Below are positions 29,880 to 38,861 of a DNA stretch of 64,000 nt, in pieces (the stretch's first letter is position 1; each line of letters opens with the position of its first letter). This DNA is from Deltaproteobacteria bacterium. Its GTDB lineage: Bacteria; Desulfobacterota; Binatia; Binatales; Binataceae. The stretch is taken from the NCBI GenBank assembly GCA_003135135.1, contig PLDK01000017.1:13715-77714 (forward strand), read 5' to 3'. The notes under the pieces were generated by a model that was not told the DNA's origin, searched no databases, and worked only from the letters and a program-made list of their open reading frames with translations. The position numbers were made by a program, and so were the translations under genes.

Positions 29880-30941
29880 ATGAGTACTTCAACGCAGGAA
29901 AAAACCGGACCGTCGGCCACGGTGGATCTCGCTGGCTTGAAGCGGTTCCTCGATGAGCGCAAGCTCGGCGAAACCGGCGCGCTTCGCTCCGAAAATATCT
30001 CGTTCGGCCATTCCAACGAGGTTCATCTGATTCATTTCGACGGCCATTGCTGGGCGCTGCGCCGTCCGCCGCGTGGATCGCTGCTCCCGACCGCGCACGA
30101 CGTGATGCGCGAATATCGCGTGCTCAAGGCTCTCCAGAACACCGCCGTGCCGGTGCCGCGCGTATACGCTGCGTGCGATGACCCGTCATATCTCGGCGCG
30201 CCGTTTTACCTGATGGAGTATATGCGCGGCGAGGTAGTGCGAGCCGACAACCGGCATTTCGTTCAAACCCCCGAGCTTCGCCGCCGGGTCAGCGAACAGA
30301 TGGTGGATGTGCTCGTCGCGCTGCAGGAAGTCGATTGGCGCGCGGTCGGTCTTGAGGGTTTCGGACGGCCTGACGGCTACCTCGAACGCCAGCTCAAGCG
30401 ATGGACCGATCAGCTCGAGCGCACGATTGTGCACACCCGCCCGCTGCCCGTGATGGAAAACGTCAAGGATTGGCTCCGCGCGCGAATCCCCCAGTCGCCG
30501 GCGCCCACGATCGTTCATGGAGATTACAAGCTCGACAACGTGATGTTCGACCCTAACAGCGCCCGCGCGATCGCCGTGCTCGATTGGGAGATGTCCACCA
30601 TTGGCGATCCGCTGGCCGATTTCGGCTGGATGCTGACCTACTGGCCCGACCCAAACGACCGCGCGTCGGGCGGCGTGATCGCCAGCATGAGCGCCGCTGA
30701 AGGATGGCTGACGCGGCGCGAGATGATCGATCGATACGAGCGCCGCACCGGGCGCGCGATGCGCAATTTTCCCTTCTATCAGGCGTTCGCGCTGTTCAAG
30801 CTCGCGATCATCATGGAGGGCAGCTACTCCCGATTCGTGCGCGGACAGGCCGACGATCCTCTGTTCGCCGGCATGAAGCAGCTGGTGCCCGCGCTTGCCG
30901 ACGCCGCGTGGTCGGTGTGCGGCTCCGCGTCGAGCGCCTAG
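29880..30941 (+). CDS. Phosphotransferase enzyme family protein (APH/ChoK-like kinase fold)
   Basis: 353 aa from the ATG at 29880. Brenner motif VHGDYKLDNVMF and the DxE metal motif (LDWEMS) are present. It resembles the ACAD10/11-type N-terminal kinase domain or aminoglycoside-phosphotransferase relatives. Confidence 0.75.
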   Translation: MSTSTQEKTGPSATVDLAGLKRFLDERKLGETGALRSENISFGHSNEVHLIHFDGHCWALRRPPRGSLLPTAHDVMREYRVLKALQNTAVPVPRVYAACDDPSYLGAPFYLMEYMRGEVVRADNRHFVQTPELRRRVSEQMVDVLVALQEVDWRAVGLEGFGRPDGYLERQLKRWTDQLERTIVHTRPLPVMENVKDWLRARIPQSPAPTIVHGDYKLDNVMFDPNSARAIAVLDWEMSTIGDPLADFGWMLTYWPDPNDRASGGVIASMSAAEGWLTRREMIDRYERRTGRAMRNFPFYQAFALFKLAIIMEGSYSRFVRGQADDPLFAGMKQLVPALADAAWSVCGSASSA

Positions 30942-30974
30942 CGGGGTAAGGGGGACCTCTGCATAACCTGATCG

Positions 30975-31012
30975 GGGCTTTTGTTTCCTCGCCCTGTTAG
31001 GGCGAGGATGAA
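30975..31012. repeat. Intergenic palindromic repeat unit (CCTCGCCC-TGTTA-GGGCGAGG hairpin), related to the motif at 44058-44075
   Basis: Perfect 8-bp inverted repeat. The cgccctgtta-g core recurs at 44060-44072. Confidence 0.5.
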
Positions 31013-31090
31013 GGTGAGGGTCCTTATACAGCGCGCATTTCGCGCGCGATTCAGGATTCTGCTTCTGCCAGCGAGGACTTCAACAGCCTG

Positions 31091-31969
31091 CTAGCGATCG
31101 GCGGCGCGGAAAATCGATCGCAGCCAGGCGTGCGCTTCGGGATACTGGTCGAGGTCGAGCACGAATTCCTGGCCGGGATAAGCGGATTGCAAGCGTACCG
31201 AGGTCTCGCAGTTTGTCCAGCGGGTCGGGTTGCCGTGATAGGAGAGGGGAGGGCGCTCGCCCGGATCGAACCATCGCGGCAGCCGCCACGTTGAACAATT
31301 TATGTACGAGTCGGTCTGTGTGAGGATCAGCTCAGGTCTGATCCGGTCGAAGGTTCCGGCGCCGCTCGTGTTGATGCCAATAGACGAGAGGCGGTCGCTC
31401 GCGAAATAGAGGGTGTTGTTTTTGTATCGATCGGGCACGACGAGATGCGGATGTCCTTCTGCCCAGGGCTTTTCGGCGGCGATGCTATCGGTGGCCAGGG
31501 CCACACACCCGACCTGGAACCATCCGAAGATAACGTGAAGTTTCGGCGCGCTGCGGACGAAGCGGAACTTGCCTCCCACCTGCTCGGCGCTCCGAAAGCA
31601 TCCGAAGAAAAGAAACAGATCGCCGCGGCCTATCCCGTGGCTAGTGAGATGGCCCTGCGCGGCGCCGGCCTGACCGAAGATTGGGCGCCATCCCGCGGCT
31701 CGCGTAATCGCATCGCGGCGCAAATCCGGATCGAGATGCGCGCTGTGGCCTCGCTTGACTCGGCCGCCCGTCAGGTCTTCGACAATTTGAGCGATAGCCG
31801 AGCCGTTGAACGAAGAAATTTTCCCGTATGGCGTCGCGGCTCCGGCATCCGGAATCGGAAGCGGGCACAACAGTTGGCCGTCCAGGATCGGGCTCGGGCA
31901 TCCGCCGTGCGCCGAGTCGAATCCCTTGCGGCTCAGAATAAGCTTCATCCAGTCGCTCCGCGCCGCCAT
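31091..31969 (-). CDS. Conserved hypothetical protein (292 aa), unknown family; divergently paired with a NUDIX hydrolase
   Basis: Trimmed to the ATG at 31969, which is preceded by GGAGAAATAT (a good SD). The upstream part of the track ORF would overlap the NUDIX gene. The protein is soluble and has no motif I can place with confidence. Confidence 0.5.
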   Translation of the reverse strand: MAARSDWMKLILSRKGFDSAHGGCPSPILDGQLLCPLPIPDAGAATPYGKISSFNGSAIAQIVEDLTGGRVKRGHSAHLDPDLRRDAITRAAGWRPIFGQAGAAQGHLTSHGIGRGDLFLFFGCFRSAEQVGGKFRFVRSAPKLHVIFGWFQVGCVALATDSIAAEKPWAEGHPHLVVPDRYKNNTLYFASDRLSSIGINTSGAGTFDRIRPELILTQTDSYINCSTWRLPRWFDPGERPPLSYHGNPTRWTNCETSVRLQSAYPGQEFVLDLDQYPEAHAWLRSIFRAADR

Positions 31970-32008
31970 GCTATATTTCTCCGCGAACTCGCGACAAGGA
32001 AAGACCCA

Positions 32009-32665
32009 ATGCCGGATTCTGATCTGCTCGCCGAACTGGCGCGCTTCATAGAACGCATAACCGCGATCGCGCGGACCGGACTTGCCTTCAAGCCCGACGG
32101 CTTCGACTCCGAACGCTACGAGGAATTGCTCAAAGAGGGCGCCCGAATGCACGCGGTCCTTGCCGGCGCCAACGACGAAGATGCCGAAGCATTGCGCCGG
32201 CGATGGCGCGAGCAGGTGATCGCCGGTTACGAAGGATATGTCACGGCGGCATCGGGATGCGGCGTGATCGCATTCAACGAGCGCGACGAAATTCTTTTGA
32301 TTCAGCGGCCGACCGGCAAATGGTGGTATCCCACCGGGTTCTGCGATGTTGGTGTATCGCCCGCGGAGAACGCGGCCAAAGAAGCACGCGAGGAAACCGG
32401 GCTTATCGTCGAACCCGAGCGCTTGATCGCCGTAATCGACAGCAGGAAGTGCGGCTCACCCGCCCGGCATATCTACTCGATGCTTTTCTATTGTCGAATC
32501 GTCGGTGGCGAGCTGAAGCCAAATCCGCTCGAGGCGATTGCCGCCGGTTTCTTCCCGCTCGACCGTCTGCCGGAGCCGATGCACGGGATCGATCGCAAGT
32601 GGATTGCGCTGGCGCGCGAGTTCCACTTCGACGGCCGCATCGCGCCGTATTTCGATCCGCTCTGA
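32009..32665 (+). CDS. NUDIX hydrolase
   Basis: 219 aa from the ATG at 32009 (SD AAGGAAAG upstream). Canonical NUDIX box GFCDVGVSPAENAAKEAREETGL (GX5EX7REUXEEXGU). Confidence 0.85.
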   Translation: MPDSDLLAELARFIERITAIARTGLAFKPDGFDSERYEELLKEGARMHAVLAGANDEDAEALRRRWREQVIAGYEGYVTAASGCGVIAFNERDEILLIQRPTGKWWYPTGFCDVGVSPAENAAKEAREETGLIVEPERLIAVIDSRKCGSPARHIYSMLFYCRIVGGELKPNPLEAIAAGFFPLDRLPEPMHGIDRKWIALAREFHFDGRIAPYFDPL

Positions 32666-32685
32666 CCACACGCCCGCGGCAGGGG

Positions 32686-32745
32686 CTGCGCGCGACAACG
32701 GAGCGCGGCGTTAATACTGGGTGCAGGGGTCACCCCTGCTAGCGG
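32686..32745. repeat. REP-like palindromic intergenic repeat (core gcaggggtcacccctgc), inverted copy of the 61021-61075 unit
   Basis: The reverse complement is about 90% identical to 61021-61073. It sits between convergent genes and overlaps the stop codon of the 32739..33257 gene. Confidence 0.7.
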
Positions 32746-33257
32746 GTATTTGCCTGGGCTGGGGTGCCCACTTGAGCCTGCATCGGATGCGATCCGCCGG
32801 TGCTCGCGCCAATCGAGATGATCATCATCCCCTGCTCGTAGCGCGGGCCGCCGACGATCAACGTCCCATTGTTCTTGAGCTTCAGGTCGGTGGTCATCAG
32901 CGGGCGAGTTCCGTCGAACAGCACGATCTCCATCGCGATCATGTCGCCGTCGATGGCGCGTGGCTGCACGTGGAGAATTTTGCCGCCCGGCAACGTGAAC
33001 GCGATCATCTTGCCGCACTCGGTCTGCCCCTCGTTGTGACCGATCAGGCTGTAAGTCGAAAAACCGAACAGCCCCTGCAGCTTCTTGCCCATCGGCGCCA
33101 GCCGCGGGTCGGTTCCCTCGTTGGTATCCGCGGCCATAACCGAGTCGATATAAACGGTCACCTGCTTCGGTCCCGCCTGAGCGTACGTGAGACCCGGCGT
33201 TCCGAAGGCCGTGATCGCGATAATAAGGAAGGTAAGGCTACCGGGGCGCAGCGTCAT
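32739..33257 (-). CDS. Secreted hypothetical protein (signal peptide), last gene of the ECF-sigma operon
   Basis: 172 aa; N-terminal LTFLIIAITAFGTPGLTYAQA signal. No known domain recognised. Confidence 0.55.
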   Translation of the reverse strand: MTLRPGSLTFLIIAITAFGTPGLTYAQAGPKQVTVYIDSVMAADTNEGTDPRLAPMGKKLQGLFGFSTYSLIGHNEGQTECGKMIAFTLPGGKILHVQPRAIDGDMIAMEIVLFDGTRPLMTTDLKLKNNGTLIVGGPRYEQGMMIISIGASTGGSHPMQAQVGTPAQANTR

Positions 33258-33263
33258 GGCGGC

Positions 33264-33848
33264 CTAAGGCTGATCCGGTAACCAAATGACTGTCGTGTCC
33301 CTGCGAGGCTCGCTCCAGACTGCAACCGAATGGTTTTCCGACTCGAGCCGCGAGATGTCGGCGTGAGAATCGTTATCCGCCATTGTCGGCTCGCTGGCCG
33401 CCGCTTGCGCCACTTGATTTGCTCCCGCTGAGGCTTCTTGCCCGGTGTTGGCGATCGAAATCGTCGAGTGCGGCCCTCGATTGGCGAACTGCTCGGCATA
33501 CGGTGTCATCAGAATTATCGTCACGACGGCGACCGCCGCTACCGCGCCGCCCCACGCGAAGCCTGAACCGACAGCATCCGCCTGGCGCCTCAAGAAACGC
33601 GCGAGTCTCGCCAGCGCGGGCTGTGGCAGACGATCGACGCGAGCGATTACCGCGCTCGAAAATCCGGCCAGCGACGGCTCTGCCGCAATCGATCTGAGGT
33701 CTCGTCCGAGCGTCGAGTAATCGGCCAGGACGGCGGCGCAGGATTCGCATCGCGCCAGATGAAACGCGACTTCCTGCATCTCGTTGGGCTCCAGTTCGGA
33801 GTCCTCGAACGCGCCGAGCATCATGCCTATTTCACCGCATTCAGCCAT
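33264..33848 (-). CDS. Anti-sigma factor, zf-HC2 (putative zinc-finger) type, single-pass membrane
   Basis: N-terminal HLARCESC (H-x3-C-x2-C) anti-sigma motif, a central TM helix (AVAAVAVVTIILMTPYA), and a periplasmic tail. Immediately downstream of the ECF sigma. Confidence 0.75.
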   Translation of the reverse strand: MAECGEIGMMLGAFEDSELEPNEMQEVAFHLARCESCAAVLADYSTLGRDLRSIAAEPSLAGFSSAVIARVDRLPQPALARLARFLRRQADAVGSGFAWGGAVAAVAVVTIILMTPYAEQFANRGPHSTISIANTGQEASAGANQVAQAAASEPTMADNDSHADISRLESENHSVAVWSEPRRDTTVIWLPDQP

Positions 33849-33855
33849 ATCGCGC

Positions 33856-34434
33856 TCAGCTTCCGGACAGGTCCTTCAAGATGTTGCGCAGGTGGGTTCG
33901 AGCATAGTGCAACCTGCTCATGACCGTTCCTCTCGGACACTGCAAAACGTCGCTGATTTCGTCGTACGACATTCCTTCGACTTCGCGTAAAAGTATCACT
34001 GCACGATGTTCCGGCGTCAACTCCTCCAGCGCTTGCTTTAGGCGCGCTGAGAGTTCACTGCGGCTGACTTCCTTGAATGAGTCTCCCTGACTGGTCGGCA
34101 TCTTGCCGATTTCGTTTTCGGCGTCTTCTCCATGAAGAACCACATGGCGTCCCTCGCGGCGCCAGAAATCGATCGCGAGGTTGGCCGCGATTCGATACAG
34201 CCAAGTTGAAAAGCTCGATCGCGATTCGAACTTCGCAAGGTTTTCAAAGGCGCGAATAAATGTCTCTTGCGCCAGTTCAATCGCGTCATCCTGATTATGC
34301 ACTACCGCCAGCGCGACTCCGACCACGCGGCGCTGATAACGTTCCACCAAAACGCCAAACGCCTCGGAATCGCCCTTGCGGGAGCGATCGATTAGCTCGG
34401 CTTCATCACCGTCGTGGCGGCCTGGTGTTCTCAA
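33856..34434 (-). CDS. RNA polymerase ECF-type sigma-70 factor
   Basis: 192 aa; region 2 (FIRAFENLAKFESRSSFSTWLYRIAANLAIDFWR) and region 4 (LLREVEGMSYDEISDVLQCPRGTVMSRL). Confidence 0.9.
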   Translation of the reverse strand: MRTPGRHDGDEAELIDRSRKGDSEAFGVLVERYQRRVVGVALAVVHNQDDAIELAQETFIRAFENLAKFESRSSFSTWLYRIAANLAIDFWRREGRHVVLHGEDAENEIGKMPTSQGDSFKEVSRSELSARLKQALEELTPEHRAVILLREVEGMSYDEISDVLQCPRGTVMSRLHYARTHLRNILKDLSGS

Positions 34435-34476
34435 TTTAGTAGACGCAGGTGCGGGCGACTAAATTCAGCGGATTTC

Positions 34477-37074
34477 TCATGCCGCGCCGATCATCTCAGC
34501 CCAGTTTGGTCCGGATTTCAGCTCCACCCTCAGTGGAATTTTAAGCTCGGCTACCCCCTCCATTTCGCATTTTGCCAGCTCGGCCGCCTCTCGCCACTCG
34601 TCTTCGGGCGCTTCCAGCAGTAATTCGTCATGCACCTGCAGAATCATCCGCGTGCCCAGCCCGCGCTCTCGAAGCACCCCATCCAGCCGTATCATAGCGA
34701 GTTTTATCAGGTCTGCCGCCGTGCCCTGGATCGGTGTGTTAATGGCGATTCGCTCTGCTTGCGCCCGAGCCCCGCCCGGCTGGGCGTTGAGCTCGGGCAG
34801 ATAACGGCGCCGCCCGTACATCGTCGTTACGTAGCCCGTCGTGCGCGCATTGCGAACCGTCTCATCCAGCCACGCACGCACGCCCGGCAGCCGCTCGAAG
34901 TATCGCTTGATGTAGTCCGCGGCCTCCGCCAGCGCAATTCCGAGCTCGCCCGCCAGCCGCTGCGGCCCCATCCCGTAAATGATCCCGAAGTTTATCACCT
35001 TGGCCAGCCGCCGCGCTTCGGCATTGACCTTGTCCGGCGTGACTCCCAGTACCTCGGTCGCGGTCCGCACGTGGATGTCCTCGCCGGTGATGAACGCGTC
35101 CACCAATGTTTTGTCGCCCGACAGATGGGCCAGCACGCGCAGATCGATTTGGGAATAGTCGGCTGACACGAAGACGCATCCCGGCTTCGGCACGAACGCC
35201 CGGCGAATCCGGCGGCCTTCGGCGCTGCGGGTCGGGATGTTTTGCAGATTCGGATCGCTCGAGCTGACCCGTCCGGTCGCGACCAGCGCCTGATGCCAGG
35301 TCGTGTGGATTCGCCCGGTGCCCGAGTGAATCACCTCGGACAGCGCGTCGGCGTAAGTGGACTTCAATTTCGAAATCGTGCGGTATTCGATCAGCTTGCG
35401 CGGCATGGGATGCACCGCCGCGAGCTTCTCGAGCGTATCGGCATCGGTCGAAAATCCGCTCTTGGTTTTTTTCAGGCCCTTGGCCGAAAGTTTCAGCTCG
35501 TTGAACAGCAGCTCGCGCAATTGCGTGGGGGAGTTGAGATTGAACTCGCGGCCGGCCAGCCCGTAACACTCGCGTTCCAGCCGATTCAGTTGCTCGGCAA
35601 ATTCCTTCGAGATGATCTTGAGCGCGTCGCCGTCCACGCCGATTCCCGCGGCTTCCATCGCTGCCAGAATCGGCGCGGTCGGCATCTCGATGTCCTCGAA
35701 CAGCGAAGTGAGCCCATCGGCTTCCAGCCGCGGGGCGAGCGTTTCGCGAAGATTTCTCACCAGTTCCGCATTCGTGCCCGGCGTACCGCTGGCGCCAAGC
35801 GGAGCCAGGTACTCGTGATACAGATCGGCTAGCCGCGGCTCCGGCTGTCCCGAATTGATCAGAAAGGCCGCCAGCATCGTGTCGAAATCGACGCCTTTGA
35901 GCGCAATTCCGTGCCGGGCGAACGCTCCAATTTGAGTCTTCAGATCGTGGCACGATTTGGGCGGGCGCTCGGAGCCGAGTAAAGGCGCTGCGCTCGCAAT
36001 CCCGTCATGTTCGACGACGATTGTCTGGTCGGCGCTTGCGAGCTGCAAGCGGTCCTGACCGGCCTCGGCGATGGCGAGGTCAAACGCGATGCGCGGTGCG
36101 TGGCCAAGAGTTTTGAGCGCGTCGGCGAGATCCTTCCCGGCGACGGCGGGGGCCGGCTTCGCGGTCGATTCCAGACCGGGAAGCTCCACTTGCGACGGCG
36201 ATATCTCGCGCAGGATCGAATGGAACTCCAGCTCGCGCATCAGTTCCGCAGCCGCGCGCTCGTCCACACCCCGCCACGCGAATTCGTCGGGCTCGACGCT
36301 CAGCGGCACGTCGGTGTCGATGCGGACCAATCGTCGCGCCAGGTCCACCGCGGCGCGATGCTCACCGAGCAGGGCCGCGATTTTTTTCGCCCCGCGAATC
36401 CCGCTCTCCTCGATACGGTCCAGGTTCTCGTAAATTTCTTTCACTCCGCCGAACTTCTGAACCAGCGCCGCGGCCGTCTTTTCGCCGACCCCCGGCACAC
36501 CTTTGACGTTGTCGATCGTATCGCCGGTAAGCGCCTGGATATCGACCAGCGCCGCCGGCTCGACGCCGAAGCGCTCCTTGACCTCGCGCACCCCGATTCG
36601 CCGGTCGCGCATCGTGTCCCACAGCGTGACGTGCGGGCCGACCAGCTGCATGAAGTCCTTGTCCGCGGTGATGATCGTGACGATGAAGTGCTCGAGCGCG
36701 GCGCGCTTGGCGAGCGTGCCGATCACGTCGTCGGCTTCGAATCCATCGAGCATCAGCGACTTGATCCGAAACGCCTCGACCACGCGATGGATGTAGGGAA
36801 TCTGCACGACAAGATCGTTGGGCGCCTCGGGGCGGTTGGCCTTGTACTCGGCGAACAAGTCGTCGCGAAAAGTTTTCTTCGGCGAGTCGAAGACGATCGC
36901 GATATGCGACGGGCGCACGTCCTTCAGCAGCTTCAGAATCATCCGGATGAAGCCGTACACCGCCTGGGTCGGCAGCCCGCGCGACGTATTCATCGGCGGC
37001 AGCGCGAAAAAAGCGCGGAAGATGTACCCGGAGCCGTCGACGAGAATGAGTTGCTTGCGTTCTGCGGCCATCAA
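34477..37074 (-). CDS. polA: DNA polymerase I
   Basis: 865 aa; 5'-3' exonuclease (LILVDGSGYIFRAFFALP), a degenerate 3'-5' exo region, and polymerase motifs A/B/C (DYSQIDLRVLAH..., RRLAKVINFGIIYGM, QVHDELL). Confidence 0.95.
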   Translation of the reverse strand: MMAAERKQLILVDGSGYIFRAFFALPPMNTSRGLPTQAVYGFIRMILKLLKDVRPSHIAIVFDSPKKTFRDDLFAEYKANRPEAPNDLVVQIPYIHRVVEAFRIKSLMLDGFEADDVIGTLAKRAALEHFIVTIITADKDFMQLVGPHVTLWDTMRDRRIGVREVKERFGVEPAALVDIQALTGDTIDNVKGVPGVGEKTAAALVQKFGGVKEIYENLDRIEESGIRGAKKIAALLGEHRAAVDLARRLVRIDTDVPLSVEPDEFAWRGVDERAAAELMRELEFHSILREISPSQVELPGLESTAKPAPAVAGKDLADALKTLGHAPRIAFDLAIAEAGQDRLQLASADQTIVVEHDGIASAAPLLGSERPPKSCHDLKTQIGAFARHGIALKGVDFDTMLAAFLINSGQPEPRLADLYHEYLAPLGASGTPGTNAELVRNLRETLAPRLEADGLTSLFEDIEMPTAPILAAMEAAGIGVDGDALKIISKEFAEQLNRLERECYGLAGREFNLNSPTQLRELLFNELKLSAKGLKKTKSGFSTDADTLEKLAAVHPMPRKLIEYRTISKLKSTYADALSEVIHSGTGRIHTTWHQALVATGRVSSSDPNLQNIPTRSAEGRRIRRAFVPKPGCVFVSADYSQIDLRVLAHLSGDKTLVDAFITGEDIHVRTATEVLGVTPDKVNAEARRLAKVINFGIIYGMGPQRLAGELGIALAEAADYIKRYFERLPGVRAWLDETVRNARTTGYVTTMYGRRRYLPELNAQPGGARAQAERIAINTPIQGTAADLIKLAMIRLDGVLRERGLGTRMILQVHDELLLEAPEDEWREAAELAKCEMEGVAELKIPLRVELKSGPNWAEMIGAA

Positions 37075-37155
37075 TCGAAACTATCCGATACGGTTCTCAA
37101 AGCAAAAGCGCCGCGAATGTCAATCGAAAATATTGCCCGACGTCAGATCGCCGTA

Positions 37156-37184
37156 TTGACACTTTGGCGTGGTGTGTTTAATTA
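37156..37184 (+). promoter_or_regulatory. Candidate promoter for the ABC/GldG-like operon (TTGACA at 37156-37161, TTTAAT/TTAATT -10)
   Basis: Perfect -35 in the 212-nt divergent polA/ABC intergenic region. The -10 spacing is imperfect (15-16 nt). Pattern only. Confidence 0.25.
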
Positions 37185-37286
37185 GTCGGTTGCCCTGTTG
37201 TCGATTGAATTGCCGGGCAGGCCGCTTCGTCAATTGAAGCTGAACCGGCCGCGGCGTCCCGGTGGCTCTGGAATCGGATGACCTGA

Positions 37287-38054
<768 letters not shown>

Positions 38055-38072
38055 GCGACCCGTGCCGCTCGA

Positions 38073-38846
38073 ATGAAAAATTCTCTTACAATCGCGGGCA
38101 AAGAGCTCTCGGGCTATTTCCTGCAGCCGGTTGCCTACGTCGTGATGACGGTGTTCCTGCTGCTGGGCGGCTTCTTTTTCTTCGCGCTGCTGCGCTACTT
38201 CGAGGTGACGCTGACCGCCTACTCCGCGATGCAAAATCCCGAGGTGTTGCAGCGCTTGAATCTCAACGAGCGGGTAATCGAGCCGATGCTGCACAATCTG
38301 GCGATCGTGCTCGTCATCCTGGTGCCGGCGATCACAATGCGAAGCTTTGCCGAGGAGAAGCGAACCGGCACCTACGAACTTTTGTTGACAGCTCCCATCC
38401 GGACCGGCGAGATCGTCGCGGGAAAGTTCATCGCGGCGGCGGCTTTTATGCTGATCATGATAGGGCTGGCAGGGATGTTTCCGCTGATCCTCGTAGCCTT
38501 CGGCAATCCTGAGGTCGGCGTGATGTTCTCGGGCTATCTCGGACTGGCGTTCCTGTCGATTGCGTTCGTTTCGATAGGATTGTTCACCAGCTCGCTTACC
38601 CAGAATCAGATCATCGCGGCGATCAGTTGCTTCGGCCTGCTGCTGCTGCTGTTCGTCATATCGTGGCCGACGCAGGGAGGTGGGGGGGCGCTGGTGGACC
38701 TGGTGCGCTATCTCTCGCTGCCGGACCATTTTGCACAGATGGTCACCGGGATCATCGATACGCGCGACATCGTTTATTTCCTGAGTCTCATCTTCGTGGC
38801 GCTGTTCTTGACCCAACGCTCGGTCGAGTCAGCGCGCTGGCGGTAA
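38073..38846 (+). CDS. ABC-2 family transporter permease (GldF-like)
   Basis: 257 aa, 6 TM, ABC-2 type topology. Directly follows the ATPase. Confidence 0.8.
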   Translation: MKNSLTIAGKELSGYFLQPVAYVVMTVFLLLGGFFFFALLRYFEVTLTAYSAMQNPEVLQRLNLNERVIEPMLHNLAIVLVILVPAITMRSFAEEKRTGTYELLLTAPIRTGEIVAGKFIAAAAFMLIMIGLAGMFPLILVAFGNPEVGVMFSGYLGLAFLSIAFVSIGLFTSSLTQNQIIAAISCFGLLLLLFVISWPTQGGGGALVDLVRYLSLPDHFAQMVTGIIDTRDIVYFLSLIFVALFLTQRSVESARWR

Positions 38847-38861
38847 GGTAGAGAGGGGCGG

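Noticed and set aside
31445-32008. N-terminal 188-aa extension of the NUDIX ORF (track ORF 31445..32665)
   Set aside because: The extension is antisense to the better-supported 292-aa gene, lacks an SD and has an Arg-rich low-complexity translation. The ATG at 32009 with an AAGGAAAG SD gives a standard-length NUDIX protein.
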